A stretch of 64,000 bases of DNA from Eledone cirrhosa (taxonomy: Eukaryota), in assembly GCA_964016885.1 (NCBI GenBank), contig OZ024758.1, positions 5,890,001 to 5,954,000 of the forward strand. The letters are read 5' to 3'. Position numbers and translations under genes: made by a program. This document shows, piece by piece, positions 1-13,546 of this stretch. How positions within the stretch are numbered: the stretch's first letter is position 1; every line of letters begins with the position of its first letter. The notes under the pieces are model-generated. The model had not been told where the DNA came from. It did no database searches and saw only the letters and a list, made by a program, of their open reading frames with translations.

Positions 1-910
1 TCTTTTTATTATTGTTCTCTTTGAGGGCGGTGGCGGTGGATTGGCACAATCGGTAGAGCGTCGGACAACATACTTTAAAGCATTGAGTTATGGCCCTTTA
101 TGCACTGAGTTCAAAGCCCCTCGAGGTTAGCTTTGCCGTTCAACCTTTTAAGGTTGATAAAATAAAGTACCAGTAACATACTGTAGTTGATCTAAGCGAC
201 TTTTCCCTCGCCAAAATTGTTGGGCCATGATGATCGACAAAAAAAGCCATGAATGCGGTGCCCAGTCATATCCGCAGTATATGAATAAAAGTATATATAT
301 TTCTAAATAATAATAGATGTCTAGTGCACTCACTGATCCCTCACGTGTGAGTTACCGTAATGTATTATAATATTAGAGGTTTCTTCTTTGTTGCTGGAGA
401 GGCATGATAAATATAATATTACTACATCATCCTCACCATTAACAATACATACGCAGCTTTATACTTCATTTTTGTCTATTGTATTGGAGGAAGAGGAAGA
501 ATGCTTTTCTTTGTTTCTTATGGGGTCGACTTACCGGAAGTCCTTGCTACAAAGGATCCGTCTAACATGGCGCCAACATTAGCTTATATATATATTTACA
601 CTATCACGATTGGTTTTCTGTTGAAGATGAAACTTCACCGGGAAATAAATTAGATAATTAAAGGTAGAAAAGGAGGAAGATAATTCGAAATAGGAAGATA
701 TGAAAGGTATTTATATCTTTCGTTTTCTGACAATAATTAAGTACAGGTGATAAAACTTATATAAAACAGGTGAACAATAAGTGTATATATATATAATTCG
801 TAATACTGACACAGTTATCTGCTCATATATGTATACAGCCATGGGCATTGGAGAAGTAACGCCAAAACCCACCGGGGACATATCACATGTTGAACAAATT
901 ATGACACAAT

Positions 911-977
911 AGCTGTCTGATGAGGTCGTATCTATTACATAATACATACCACTGAAATGTATATAACTGTAACAAAG
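911..977 (+). ncRNA. Minimal type I hammerhead-ribozyme-like motif in a Penelope-like 3' end
   Basis: tgt-CTGATGA(917-923)-stem II GGT/ACT and GTAT/ATAC-GAAA(954-957)-tgtatataact-GTA-aca; ATTAAA follows, then (AC)n. Confidence 0.55.
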
Positions 978-1056
978 TATTTAATTAAATAATGTAAGAT
1001 TCAAATACACACTGGCATCTTTTTCATTATTATTCAACCGAACATAGATAATGAAT

Positions 1057-1092
<36 letters not shown>

Positions 1093-1106
1093 ACACATAT
1101 ATATAA

Positions 1107-1252
1107 GGCTAACAGAAGTCTGATAAGCTTTTGATTCCAGAGTTGGGCACGATCAACAGAGATCGAACCTTGAGCTGATCAATCGCGAAACGCGTGTCAC
1201 ACTTGAATAAACTTAATGAAAATTTGACACCTCGTCCATACCTATTATTATT
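1107..1252 (+). mobile_element. Short microsatellite-embedded element with a mutated hammerhead core (CTGATAA...CGAAAC-GCGT-GTC) and AATAAA; paralog of 13160-13305
   Basis: Alignable by eye over about 140 bp with 13160-13305. Confidence 0.6.
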
Positions 1253-1535
1253 ACACTCTGCTTAGAACAACCCCTAAGTATATATTGGAGCCTACTCATC
1301 GAATGCAATGCTCACTTTGGTGAACCAACGGAAACTTGACGTTACAATTCCTAAACTATATATATATTAAAATTCTAATATATTAAAATTCTAATTTAGT
1401 CCAGAAATAGCCGTCGAAACGGCTTGAGCTCTGCCGTCGGGGTCATACTTTTTTCCTATTTCCCACTCTACTACCCTAAGTATTGAGTACTCTGGTGCGT
1501 TATGGTCCATCTGGTTCCTTACCACAATTCCTTTG

Positions 1536-1590
<55 letters not shown>

Positions 1591-1741
1591 AATAAAAGTC
1601 AAATGATTAAAGTCAAATGATTTGACTTTTATTTAACTTTATTTTACACTACTCCGGAGTAACCAAACCAACCTGCGCACTTCGTCGTGTGCTCCAGCCT
1701 GCATACTGAGGTGTTGGTATACAACCAACATAAACTCAAAA

Positions 1742-1789
<48 letters not shown>

Positions 1790-1829
1790 ATATTAACAAA
1801 TGGAAACTATATTTATAAAACCATATTTA

Positions 1830-1886
1830 TTTTATTATACATATTTCAAGGGTACCAATATTTTAGTACGCTTTCGTCAGATAAAA
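1830..1886 (-). ncRNA. Minimal hammerhead-ribozyme-like motif
   Basis: ttttat-CTGACGA-AAGcGTACTAA aata TTGGTACcCTT-GAAA-tat-GTA-taataaaa; well-paired stem II; paralog at 14060-14116. Confidence 0.6.
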
Positions 1887-2089
1887 TACAATATTTGGTT
1901 TAAAGATAGTGACATATCCTCACATGAACTCATAGTGACATATCTTATAACAAAGTTCAAATGAAGATAGGAAGTATATACATATACACCAGGTTCTACC
2001 ATAATGGAACCAAACTCCCACTGCCACTGCCTCCTTCTCTCCCACTCTCCCCATCTCTCACAATTATGAACAAATGGGGTCCCACGCGC

Positions 2090-2320
2090 TGGCCGCCCCG
2101 TCTCCCCGGCGGACAGAATAGAGAAGGCGTTTCTCCGGAGAGGGTGAGGGTGATGCGATGGAAGAGCAGCCATTCCAGCTCACGAGGCTCACATCTGCAG
2201 GTAGCCAACTCTGTACCGATGGTGGTGAGTAGGGGGTGGGGGATACTAGGGCCAAGGACACCAGAAGTCTCCCACTGCACAGGAAATGTTTTAAGTGCAT
2301 GGTGTATCGTCAGGTCTTAA
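2090..2320 (-). mobile_element. CRE-like non-LTR retrotransposon 3' fragment (restriction-like endonuclease C-terminus)
   Basis: ETSGVLGP...LLTTIGTELA...EPRELEWLLFHRITLT then, after a frameshift, RRNAFSILSAG; matches the ETxGxxG...EPRE...QRLSxAxQRGN pattern. Confidence 0.7.
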
Positions 2321-2756
2321 TTTCTTGTGGATAAATAAAAGTTCAAATTAATTGTTTCTACTTTAGGCACAAGGCCAGCAATTATCCAGTGCATTACTGG
2401 TACTTTATTTTATCGACTCTGTAAGGATGAAAGGCAAAGTCAACCTCGGCGGGATTTGAACTCAGATCGTAAAGGGACGTAACTATGCTGGAAAGCATGG
2501 CGTCCGACCCTCTACCGATACTGCCAATCCACAGTTCAAATTAATGTTTAAAAGTTTGCCACAATGAAACTGAACTAATTATGTCTTAAGATTCTCTCTC
2601 TCTCTCTCTCTCCCCTCTCTCTCTCTCTATCCAATGTACTTTCCTTCCTGATAAGTAATCCTGAACTTATCCATTATGTGGCATTTACTGATATAGACTT
2701 CGTTGAAATAACTAAAATAATGTGTGTGTGTGTATATATCTGTATATGCATACATA

Positions 2757-3066
2757 TATGGTGGCTGCCAACTCGTTTTCGAGTACGGCCACTACTTTAT
2801 ATCCATGTAGGAGAACCCCTACCAAAGCGCTGAACGAGTGACTTTTTAGTCCAGCCAGCGACTTGAAAACTCTGGTACAAACACTACACTTGTGACAATT
2901 ATTGACACATAGTGCTGGGCCCATGGTACCATGTGACGACAAGTGCAGAGAGATCTCCAGATATAAAGCAATGCCTGTGCCGTGAAGCTTTTATAGTGAG
3001 CAAAGGCACTGCACAAAGCCAGTCCCACTCTCTTAACCAAGATGATATTTACCAAAAAGAAGAACA
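2757..3066 (-). mobile_element. 5'-truncated copy of the 18480-19089 element
   Basis: Near-identical sequence; reads [17 protein letters not shown]. Confidence 0.8.
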
Positions 3067-3175
3067 TATATACATGTATATATATACATATACATATATA
3101 TATATATATATATACATATAGATACTTACATACATCTATATATATATACATATACAGACATGCATATATACATAC

Positions 3176-3230
<55 letters not shown>

Positions 3231-3238
<8 letters not shown>

Positions 3239-3548
3239 ATACTTTGGGAGGGTCATGTTGCCAATAAGAAACACACGCACCAGTTGCTTTCACTTCAATT
3301 TATTATATATTTATAAATTTACAAATTTATAAATTTCTATGACTATATATAAACAACTATCTGGTTGTGGAACCAACCAACCAACCAGAAATTTATAAAT
3401 TTGTAAATTTATAAATATATAATAAATTGAAGTGAAAGCAACTGGTGCGTGTGTTTCTTATTGGCAACATGACCCTCCCAAAGTATAACAATATCGGTTT
3501 CAACACACGATTTCAGATAAAGAATCTTGCTAAACAAATTCAGAAACG

Positions 3549-3550
<2 letters not shown>
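3231..3550. repeat. Near-perfect long inverted repeat (about 107-bp arms, 50-bp spacer) inserted in (TA)n
   Basis: 3231-3338 is the reverse complement of 3388-3494. Confidence 0.9.
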
Positions 3551-3599
<49 letters not shown>

Positions 3600-5807
3600 A
3601 CCATGAGGATGAGTCCCTCTTTCAAATCCACTGTCATTTGGGGATGACTATTTGTCTTATTACACCCCCCCCCCCCCCCCACACACACACATACATGTTG
3701 CGCTTCTGTGAGCTTTAGCGACGAGTGATTCCGGAAGGTACCAAACGAAACACCCTACTTTTATCTTAGGTCGCTGTACCCAATATATTTGAAGAAACTT
3801 AGTCAATGTTTGGTTAAGCATAAAATACATTCCAAATCTAGCGAATGGTTCCACTGTTTATGCAGCTGTAGTTGTTTGAATATTTCGGTGCTCATGCAAA
3901 GGTCACTTCCGGTTATCAGCAACCCACAAAAAAATATATATTCTTTACCACAAAATAAAAATATTTTCCACAAAAACAAATACTGAATTAAGAAATTATA
4001 TTACAACTGGCTTCTTCCTTAGTTTATTTAGTGAATAACTGGTGTGAAATTTAGATTGTGGGCCCTTTATGACTCTTAAAACATATGGTGATAGATGTAT
4101 TGGCATCAAACAGGAATCGAAAAGCTTCATGTTGAGAGTATTAATTTCCTTTGGTGATCTACATCAGTCATGGGAAAATATAGACCCGTTTAGCTTTCTC
4201 AATAGCACGCCTAGCTGCAAAATAGCCTTGAAATTTTTAGTAGTACGACCCGTTTTGTGATGAATCACATCCTATCCGGCCCACTGCTTCAAACTCATTC
4301 CATGAGAGTATCTTGATCAGACCGAACCTCATACACTGAATATACAATTGGAATAGTCGTTAGAGAATCAGAATAAATACTTTGCAGTATTTGTTCCGTC
4401 TTTCATCGTTCTAAGTTCAAATCTCGCCGGCTTTAATTTTTTTTGCCTTTCATCCTTTTGGGGTTGATAAACAATAAACAAGCCTAGAACTTTGGATTAG
4501 CAGAAATGTTAGAGAATCGGATGAGAGACATTGTTGTATCTATTCTGCTTCTGTGTATTCTGTGTTCAAACCCCGCTTCCTTTTATCCGGGAACCTCCTA
4601 TGCGCTATAACTTTAGCAGGGGCCGGTATAAGTCTTGTAATCAACAACAATAATCTAACCCAGAATAGATAAAATACACAGTAAACAGTAACAGCAAACT
4701 AATTAGCATAAATTATCTAGTTTGGAGCTCTTAAGTTTTCGCCAAGCTCTTGTCAATTTTCATACAAGAAGTCTTTATTTATATACAATTTTTAAATAGT
4801 AGATTACTCGACAAAATACCTTCCTGGCATTTCACTTCGTCTCATTAATTCCTGGATATAAAGCTTATCGGTGATTGGTACATCCCGCCGAGGTTAACTT
4901 TGCCTTTCATCCTTACGGGGTCGATAAAATAAAGTACCAGTAATACACTGGGATAATTGCTGGCCTTGTGCCAAAAGGAGAAACAATTAAGTTTACATTC
5001 GCTACTTCCGAGATCAATAGAGTAACAAGCCGTTAAACAGGATAAATTCAGTTCCCTTTACGAATTCATTGCATTTTTACAAATATATGACTTTTTACAA
5101 TTGTAAATCTCCATGTATCTTAGGACGGCCCGCATATCTGATTAGCTTTGATTTATTAAACATTTTATGTTTTTTTTTATATAACCTTCTTCTTCTTCTT
5201 GAGTCATCCCTCTTTCGAAGGTGAAACATTTGTTTTGCTTATTCTAATGGCTAGAACATATGCGGCTCACCACACCTGAATAAACATCGATGCTAACGAT
5301 ACTGTCCAAGGGAAAGGCAATAGCTGATACAGCTTGGCACCAGTGATGTCGCAGTTATACAGCTGAGTAAACTGGAGCAACGTGAAATAATGTCTTGTTC
5401 AAGGACACAACACATCGCTCGATCCGAGAATCGAACTCACAACCTCCCGATTATATAATGATGGTATAATATATTCTTGTATTTTGGCAAAACTGAAATG
5501 AATGTAAATGACATTGAATATTCGCAGATAGTTGTAGTAATGTTGTAAAAAGAAGTAACCATTAAATGTTTGTGATTTGTTTCTAATGAATCTAAGTCTT
5601 CATTTTAGATATTATCATCCAATGAAACAAAAATGTCGATCTATATTTTTATATTTTGTTCTAAAAATAACATAAGATCACTTTTGTTCAATAAAGATGT
5701 ACGTATTTGAAATACGTTTCTCATTAAATATCAAGATGCGGAACTGAGTCACTTTTGAAGAAGGTTAAAGATAGGAAATGCACCGAAAGTCATTAAAAAA
5801 AACTTAC

Positions 5808-5885
5808 GTATGAATGTTAGGGTAAACTTAAAGCAAATATTGAGAAACGGAAGATAATCAAGTACAAATCTTAAAATGGATTTTG
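5808..5885 (-). pseudogene. Exon-like segment (KSILRFVLDYLPFLNICFKFTLTFI) of a putative or decayed minus-strand gene
   Basis: Acceptor ttttactacttaacctttttag|, donor C|GTAAGT, 78 nt, open only in phase 1. Confidence 0.35.
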
Positions 5886-7144
5886 CTAAAAAGGTTAAGT
5901 AGTAAAATATAAACATCTAATGTAGGATCATGTATATGAAATAGACAATATGGAAGAATTTAGAGAAAGGAAATATTTCCCAAATTTTTAATAAACAAAA
6001 ATATAGAAAACATAAAAGGAAATAAAATTGGTAAAATATATTCAGATCGATGTGGGAAAAATATCTGTAGTGTTCGAGAGGAAATTTAAGCAAAGAAATT
6101 TTTAAAAATTGATTGATCTAAAAGGTTCCCGGGGCTGGTGCCTCTAATTTCGGTTTCAGTGGCGTTAAGCGATTCAGAAACAAATCTTTTCTATTGGAGG
6201 TAATTTTCTTGGTTTGAGCTCACTCCAACAAACCAATAAAATAGTCGTCAGATTTACATTGCTTAAAACTGATGAACTCTTCTGGAAAGGATTGGGCTCC
6301 GCCAGGTTTTAAAATGCCCTAGAAACGCTGTATGGCGCCTCTACGACTCGCTCAGGAATTCTAGGACCATGCTTGCATATAGGACGAGTGATACTTCGAT
6401 TCAGTTTCATAGTTTTATCGAATAAGTCACTCGGACTTTTGGGGTCACCATATGTTTTAAACACTTAGAGAAGAAATGCAACACCCGCGACCATTTCCTA
6501 CCTTCCTGCTTCTCAGTTTAGTCGAGGGAAAGGGGGGAAGTTGTCCTCAGACCGGAGCCATAGTCCAGATGCTTGGAACAAATTGATCTCCGTTAAAAAC
6601 TCTCAAAAGCTAGATGGAGGTGTTAAGCCGACAGGTTAAGTCTACCCAAGAATATGACCTCTCCTATTGATGCTCCTTCAAACAGTTCAACTCTCACCCA
6701 GAAGAATTTAGTTGATCCGAGGTTGCAACAGAAGAATATGTCAGCCCAAGTTAGCGTGCAGTGGTATAGAACCCGAAATTTTCTATGCAAATATGTAATG
6801 TTCTTCGAAATACCGAACTGATTTTAAGTGGAAAGGAGATTGTGTGTTGCCCTAGTTACATTCCTGTGGGTTTAACTTAAGAAGTCGGATTAATTCTCTT
6901 TCTTAGTGCTATCAGATGGCAAATGTTTTTCCGGGTCTAAATCTCTCATTGAAGGAACTAGAAGCTCAGATTAACGACTAAACGAAACTTTTGTTTCAAA
7001 TGAATACAATCTGCTAATGTAAAATATGTTTCGTCTGCGTTGAAAATGTTACAGAAACTATTTTGTTTTAATGTTTCGATCCAAATTAGATATTTGCATT
7101 TTTACTATGTATTTGAAATTATAGAACGATTGCCCAAGTCTTAC

Positions 7145-7182
7145 TTTTGTCATTCCTGTGTATACCCTTCAATATTTTAACA
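7145..7182 (-). pseudogene. Exon-like segment (VKILKGIHRNDK), phase 2 to phase 1
   Basis: Acceptor ttctcatttctttcag|, donor AA|GTAAGA; the only open frame ends in phase 1, matching the 5885 segment. Confidence 0.35.
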
Positions 7183-7484
7183 CTGAAAGAAATGAGAAGT
7201 CAAGCAATTTATGGCAGGACCAACAGCCAATATTCATTTCAATCTAGGAAATACACAAGATCATATACATTTCGCAATTAATTATATCAGTTTCTTAGTC
7301 AATTACGTTATATAAATCATTATTATGTGACCGGATGTTGCAAGATAACGTGAAAAATCAGCTCTAACTTCTTCCAACTTTCACATTAGTTTAACTACTA
7401 TATAAGACGTGTAACAATTTACACCAACACTGATAATTAGTAGGATATTTGATTGAAATATTAAAAAATTTCACACTTATTTTG

Positions 7485-7526
<42 letters not shown>

Positions 7527-7844
7527 GATTTCTAGTATAGGCACAAGGCCAGTAATTGGGGGGGGAGTCGATTAAATCGACCCCAGTACGATACTGGTGC
7601 TTTATTTTATCGACCCCGTAAGGATGAAAGGCAAAGTTAACCTCGGTGGGATTTGAACTCAGACCGTAAAGGACCGTAACTCTGTGCTGCTGCAAAGCAT
7701 GGTGTCCGACTCTCTACTGATATGGCCAGCAACTAGTATCTTTCTAAAAGATTGTGTGTTAGTATATAGAGTATATTTGTCTATGTCTAATTCATCACTC
7801 ACAGATTGAGTACTATGTCCTTGTTATAAAAAAAAACTCGTGTA

Positions 7845-8305
7845 AGCTTGTTTGGTAAGGAGGGGGTGGGGTGATTATGGACACCCTGCGGGATGAAAAG
7901 CAAAACCCGTCAAAGGGAGGAGGAACTCGGGAGAATCAACGGTCATCCAATAAAGTTTCTTTTTTTTTCTTGTAGAGCGAGAGACACCTAGTCTTCATTA
8001 AGACATCTAAGAGAAGGTCACTCTGATATAAAGCCTGCGACTTTGTTTTCATCCAATGATGTAGACCAGTTATTTTGGGGGTCAAATGCGTTCGAAGTTC
8101 AGGGAGTGGGATTGGCTCTGTGCAGAGCCTTTCGTCACTTAAAAAAGCTTCAAGCCCGGGCATCGCTTGATATGTGACATTTATGGCGATAGATGACATT
8201 GCTGGTCATAGGCAAGTTCCTAGTAGGACTAAAAAGCCACGTCCATGATACTCTTGCTGAAGTATCAAGCGATAGTAATAGTCAAAATCGAGTTGCAGCC
8301 ATTGT
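7845..8305 (+). mobile_element. Diverged subfamily copy of the bipartite RTE derivative
   Basis: Colinear motifs (aaaacccgtcaaaggg, actctgatataa, gagtggga.tggct.tgtgcag.gccttt, cgagttg.cagcca). Confidence 0.65.
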
Positions 8306-8938
8306 GTGTGTGTGGGAGGGGGGGGGGTATGTAAAGGTCACCTAGAGGTCATGAACGGACGTTGGAGGGAACGTGATAATGTTGGGGTTATTCAGAGAGA
8401 GACGGCAATCATTTGCAAAGATGAAGCGATCACCATGTGTGTGTGAGCATGCATGTGTGTATTTGTGTGTATGTGTGTGTATGTATGTGTGTATGTATTT
8501 GTATATATGTGTGCGTGTGTATGTATGTGTGTGTCTGTGTTTGTGTGTATGTGAATGTCTGTCTGTGTGTGTGTGTGTGTGTGCATGTATATGTCTGTGT
8601 GTGTGTGTGTACATGTGTGTAATATGTTAATGGTATGTTTTACCTCATCACTAAAGAAAATATCCATATGTTTGTAGCTGATAAGTTGAAACTGTGAGTT
8701 TGGGATCTCCGGCTGTTCCAACGATCAGTATTCCAGTTGTTCGACTAACCAAACAGCCTGCTCGATAAATCAACATACAAGTGGCTGAGCATTTCACACA
8801 GACTGACAAGCTTAACGTAGTTCCCAGGGAGATTCAGTGTGGCAATGTGTGATTAGTCAATCTTAGTAATTCGTATCAATCACCAATTTTGCTATTAAGC
8901 ATCTTAATACTAAGATTTCTTTCATCAATAAGGTTAGG

Positions 8939-8988
<50 letters not shown>

Positions 8989-9611
8989 ATATATATATAT
9001 AATCACTGCGCAAAATTACTAGTTTATGTGTGTGTACGGATGGGTGTGTGTGTGTATCTGTTTGTGTGTGTGTGGATGTGTGTGTGTGTGTGTGGGTGGG
9101 TGTTTGTAACCCCTATATTGTTATCCCTATATACGATATATAGTAACCACTATATAGGAGGGTCCACTGAAACGTTTTTAGGTTGACCAAGATACTCTCA
9201 TGGAATGACCAAATGAGGTTTATTTTTCAACATAGTCCCTGGAAAGAAACAAACAATGCAGTTATTAATAAGAAGAGTTGAAATCAATGCATGCAAGATT
9301 TCACAGCTCTAGCTTCACTCCTTCATAGTCAATCTATGAACATTTCAGCCGACCCTTCTACAACACTTTGTAACCCCTACATACAACAACACATTAACCC
9401 CAATATACAACACACGCCATCAATCAAATAAGGTTTTTCTTTTTTTAATCTTGACATTATAACTTAGCAAAGTTGTCGGTAAACCGAAAGTTTGAAATTT
9501 TTATATGACGACAGAAAATGGTGCAATTTTAAAATAGATTATCTGTAAACATATATATATATATATGATAATATATGTGTGTGTGTGTGTGTATATATAT
9601 ATGTGTGTGTA

Positions 9612-9752
<141 letters not shown>

Positions 9753-11507
9753 CGAGCAGTCAGGCAGGAATTTGTCCTTTCTCTACATGCCAACGAGCAA
9801 CTGGGGTTACATTGCTGACTCACTCTTTGAAACGCTCATCAGTTGCGAGAATTTCTCTAAGTCTTTGAAGGTCAATATTTAGTTTCAGTTTTTAAACAGG
9901 AATATTGATTCAAGTTTCTTTTTTATATTATCTTTTGTTTGATTTATTATTATTATTATGCCCATTTGTACCGTCCTGTGTTGTCCTTAATGTTATACTT
10001 TGTGTCAACCCTTGTGGTTAATATAGAAAGCATTAGTATTGGTAGTAGTAGTAGTAGTAGTTTATAGGTATTATCAGACACCATGCTCTGCAGCATAGAG
10101 TTATGAACCTTTACCTTCTGAGTTCAAATCACATCGAGGTTAACTTTGCCTTTTATCTCTACGGGGTCGATAAAATAAAGTACCAGTCATGCTCTGGCGT
10201 CGATTTAATCGACTTTCCTCTCCCCTTTTCCCAAATTGCTGGCCTTGTGCCTAAAGTAGAAGCAATTATTTATTAGTACTAGTAGCTAGGAGGTATTATT
10301 TAGTTTCGAATTTCAAATTGATAAGATTGCATGTAATGAGAACAGGGCAGTAAATAAACATGAAACTGAAAATTGGAATCGGTTTGAAATTTTGAAAAAG
10401 GTTAAATATTTTGTCGGGTAATTCAGTTTGAAATTTTGTCTTGTGTCGCTTTAATTTCTCTTGTTTTCTAAAAATTTGTTTAATTTTTAAAAACTATTTT
10501 AGGTTAAATATTTCATGTAATGTACGACCAAATAAGTAGTAGGAATGTATATCTGATAAGAGAAAAATAGTACTGAGTTTATGGAATAAAATACAGATTG
10601 GGTTGTTTCTAGAGTCTGGTTTACATGATTTTGTCACAGATAAATCTGTCTGAATTTATTAGATCTTAAAGCATTTTAGAAACTATAATATTTAGAAACA
10701 CTTGTTTCGATATCTTGTTTGTTGAACAACTTTTATAAATTGGATACAGCCAATATACATTGTATCCTGTGTACAAAAATGGGCTTGGTTCATCAACTAG
10801 AGATTTCTTTAACGATTTCGTCAACACTACACCACAGTCAATATTACGTCAATATGAGGGCGGTGGATTGCAGCATAGAGTTACGGCTCTTTGCAGTCTG
10901 AGTTCAAATCCTGCCAAGGTTAACTTTGCCTTTCATTCTTACGGGATCGATAAAATAAAGTACCAGTAACGCACTGCGGTCACTATTATCGACTTTCTCC
11001 TTCCCAAAAATGGTTGGCCTTGTGCCTATATAAGAAACCCTTATAAAGGTTCTGTAACTTCTGCGAGATTCGTAGGGGTACCCTACTAACATACGGAATT
11101 TCTTAGGGCATCTTTAAACCTGGTGGAGCCTATCTCCTCTGATTTCTTCCAGAGAAAGATAGATAGTGGAAAGAAAGGAACTGAGAAAGAGATATAGAGG
11201 AAGAATCAACCCCAGTACTTGACTGGTACTTTTTTATCGACCTCGAATGGATGAAATAACCATCAGTTCATTACAGCTAATTTTTATCGATCCCAGAGAT
11301 ATTTATGTAACTTTTACTTCAGAACTCAAAAAGAACGTAACTTCTTAATACATAAGTTACAAGATATCTGTATTTTTCTGTAGAACCTTCTTAAAATTAA
11401 ACAAAGAAGCGTTTTTGCAAAAGATGATGGAAGGACCCTTTTCATTATAATATCGCTGCCGAGAAGGTGACCGGTCAAAATTAACTCGAAATTGAGAAAA
11501 TAGAAAT

Positions 11508-11866
11508 ATACATACACACATACATACATACATACATACATACATACATACATACATACATACATACATACGTGTGCGCCTGCATGCATACATCCATCCA
11601 TACATAAATACATACGTACGTTTGTGCGTACATACATACATACATACATACATACATACATACATACATACATACATACATACATACATACATACATACA
11701 TACATACATACGTAAATCCCAATGAGAGATTCTTGTAACTATGTTAGAAACTGACTCTCTTTCTATCTATTGGCAAAAAATTGTGAAATTATAAATCCAG
11801 AAGAACACACACACACACATACATACATACATACATACATATACAGACAGATAGATAGACAGACAA

Positions 11867-11934
<68 letters not shown>

Positions 11935-11990
11935 ATAGATAGGTAGGTAGATAGATAGAAAGATAGACTATGGATAGATAGATAGATAGT
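11508..11990. repeat. (TACA)n and (AGAT)n tetranucleotide microsatellites
   Basis: Direct reading. Confidence 0.95.
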
Positions 11991-12381
11991 ACGTGCGTGC
12001 AACATCCGTAAGTACGTAGTAAGGTACGTAAGTGTGCGTGTCTGCAGGTGTTTGTAACAGGTAGTTCTTGTAAACATAAACACAGTCCTTTTTGTCTTCT
12101 ATTTCTTGTAAATGTATCAGTTATTTCTTGAATTTAGTGGTCAGAGTTCAAACTGAAGTATTGCGTGTGGATAGGTCACGCGATACAGGTATAATGATGG
12201 CACAAAATGACATGATCGAGTTGGAGATAGAATTTCTAGAGACTCGTGCCTTCTTTTCATTTCAATAAGATTATATAAATATGTGTGAATGTACGTATGT
12301 ATGTATGTATGTATGTATGTATGCATGTATATATGTGTGTATGTATGTATATATGTGTGTATGTATGTATATATATATATG

Positions 12382-12418
<37 letters not shown>

Positions 12419-12665
12419 CTTAAGTAAGTATCTACACGACCAAGTTATAACTTATAACTTTATTTTGCTATCTCTTTCCTATAAAATCATATTTTTTAAA
12501 ATTCTATTCTGTCAAAATGGCTATCAAGTTACTTTTATTTATTTTTGTTTGTTTTGTTTTTTGTTTGGGAGATTTTTTGGGAGGTGGGGAGTAGTTTTTT
12601 TTTTTTTTCTTAAAAAAATGTTCATTTCCCATTTCAATTATGATCACCAAACTTTGATAGTTTAC

Positions 12666-12821
12666 CCTAACTAGGTCAGTTGTTCCAACATACTCATTCT
12701 TTTCTCGGTTGACTTCGTAACTTTTTTCCTCAAATTTATTTCTTACGCCTTCTTCCTTCCCCCTATACACCATCTTCTCTGTTGGTGGTGGAACCAACCA
12801 CACAAAAAATGACATAAATAG
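12666..12821 (-). pseudogene. Exon-like 156-nt segment (LFMSFFVWLVPPPTEKMVYRGKEEGVRNKFEEKSYEVNREKNEYVGTTDLVR)
   Basis: Acceptor gatctttccag|, donor AGG|GTAAAC, open in phase 0. Confidence 0.25.
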
Positions 12822-13071
12822 CTGGAAAGATCACATAAACCTTATTGAATCGTTGAACCACCCAGGAGGGTATTTCGTTCTACTGTATTATGTCTTTAGA
12901 AATTAAATCAAATGCAGGGAGACCTTTCCTCCTCAGCCCATTGACTGTGACTGCCTATAATAGGTTCGAGAAGGCCCGAAATATTTGACGATGGAATTAG
13001 ATCCACGCCGCTGGTTAGGACTGAGTTCACCGCTAACGTCACTTCCTAATGGATTATATATATATATATAT

Positions 13072-13143
<72 letters not shown>

Positions 13144-13159
13144 ATATATATATAAATGT

Positions 13160-13302
13160 TAAGCTAACAGAAGGTCTGATGAGCTTTTGATTCCAGAAGG
13201 GGGCCTGATCAATAGAGATCGAACCTTGAGCTGATCAATCGCGAAACGTGCGTCACAGCTGAATAAACTTAATGAACATGTGACAACTCGTCCATAGTTA
13301 TC

Positions 13303-13305
<3 letters not shown>
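13160..13305 (+). ncRNA. Short (TA)n-flanked element carrying an intact hammerhead core
   Basis: CTGATGA(13176-13182)-G...C-GAAA(13243-13246)-C-GTGC-GTC(13252-13254); AGCT/AGCT distal stem I; AATAAA at 13262. Confidence 0.6.
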
Positions 13306-13365
<60 letters not shown>

Positions 13366-13493
13366 ACTATATGCCTTTTAATGAACCATACATACCAACA
13401 CACGCATATATATCCTAGAGACGATCGTAAAATTATGAATTTTTTAATATAAGGAACTTGTTCTTTGTTTTTATTTCATTGTTTTTATTAATT

Positions 13494-13546
<53 letters not shown>

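Noticed and set aside
6540-6660. GAIVQML resembling a DNA-transposon protein motif
   Set aside because: Too short and interrupted by stops to assign
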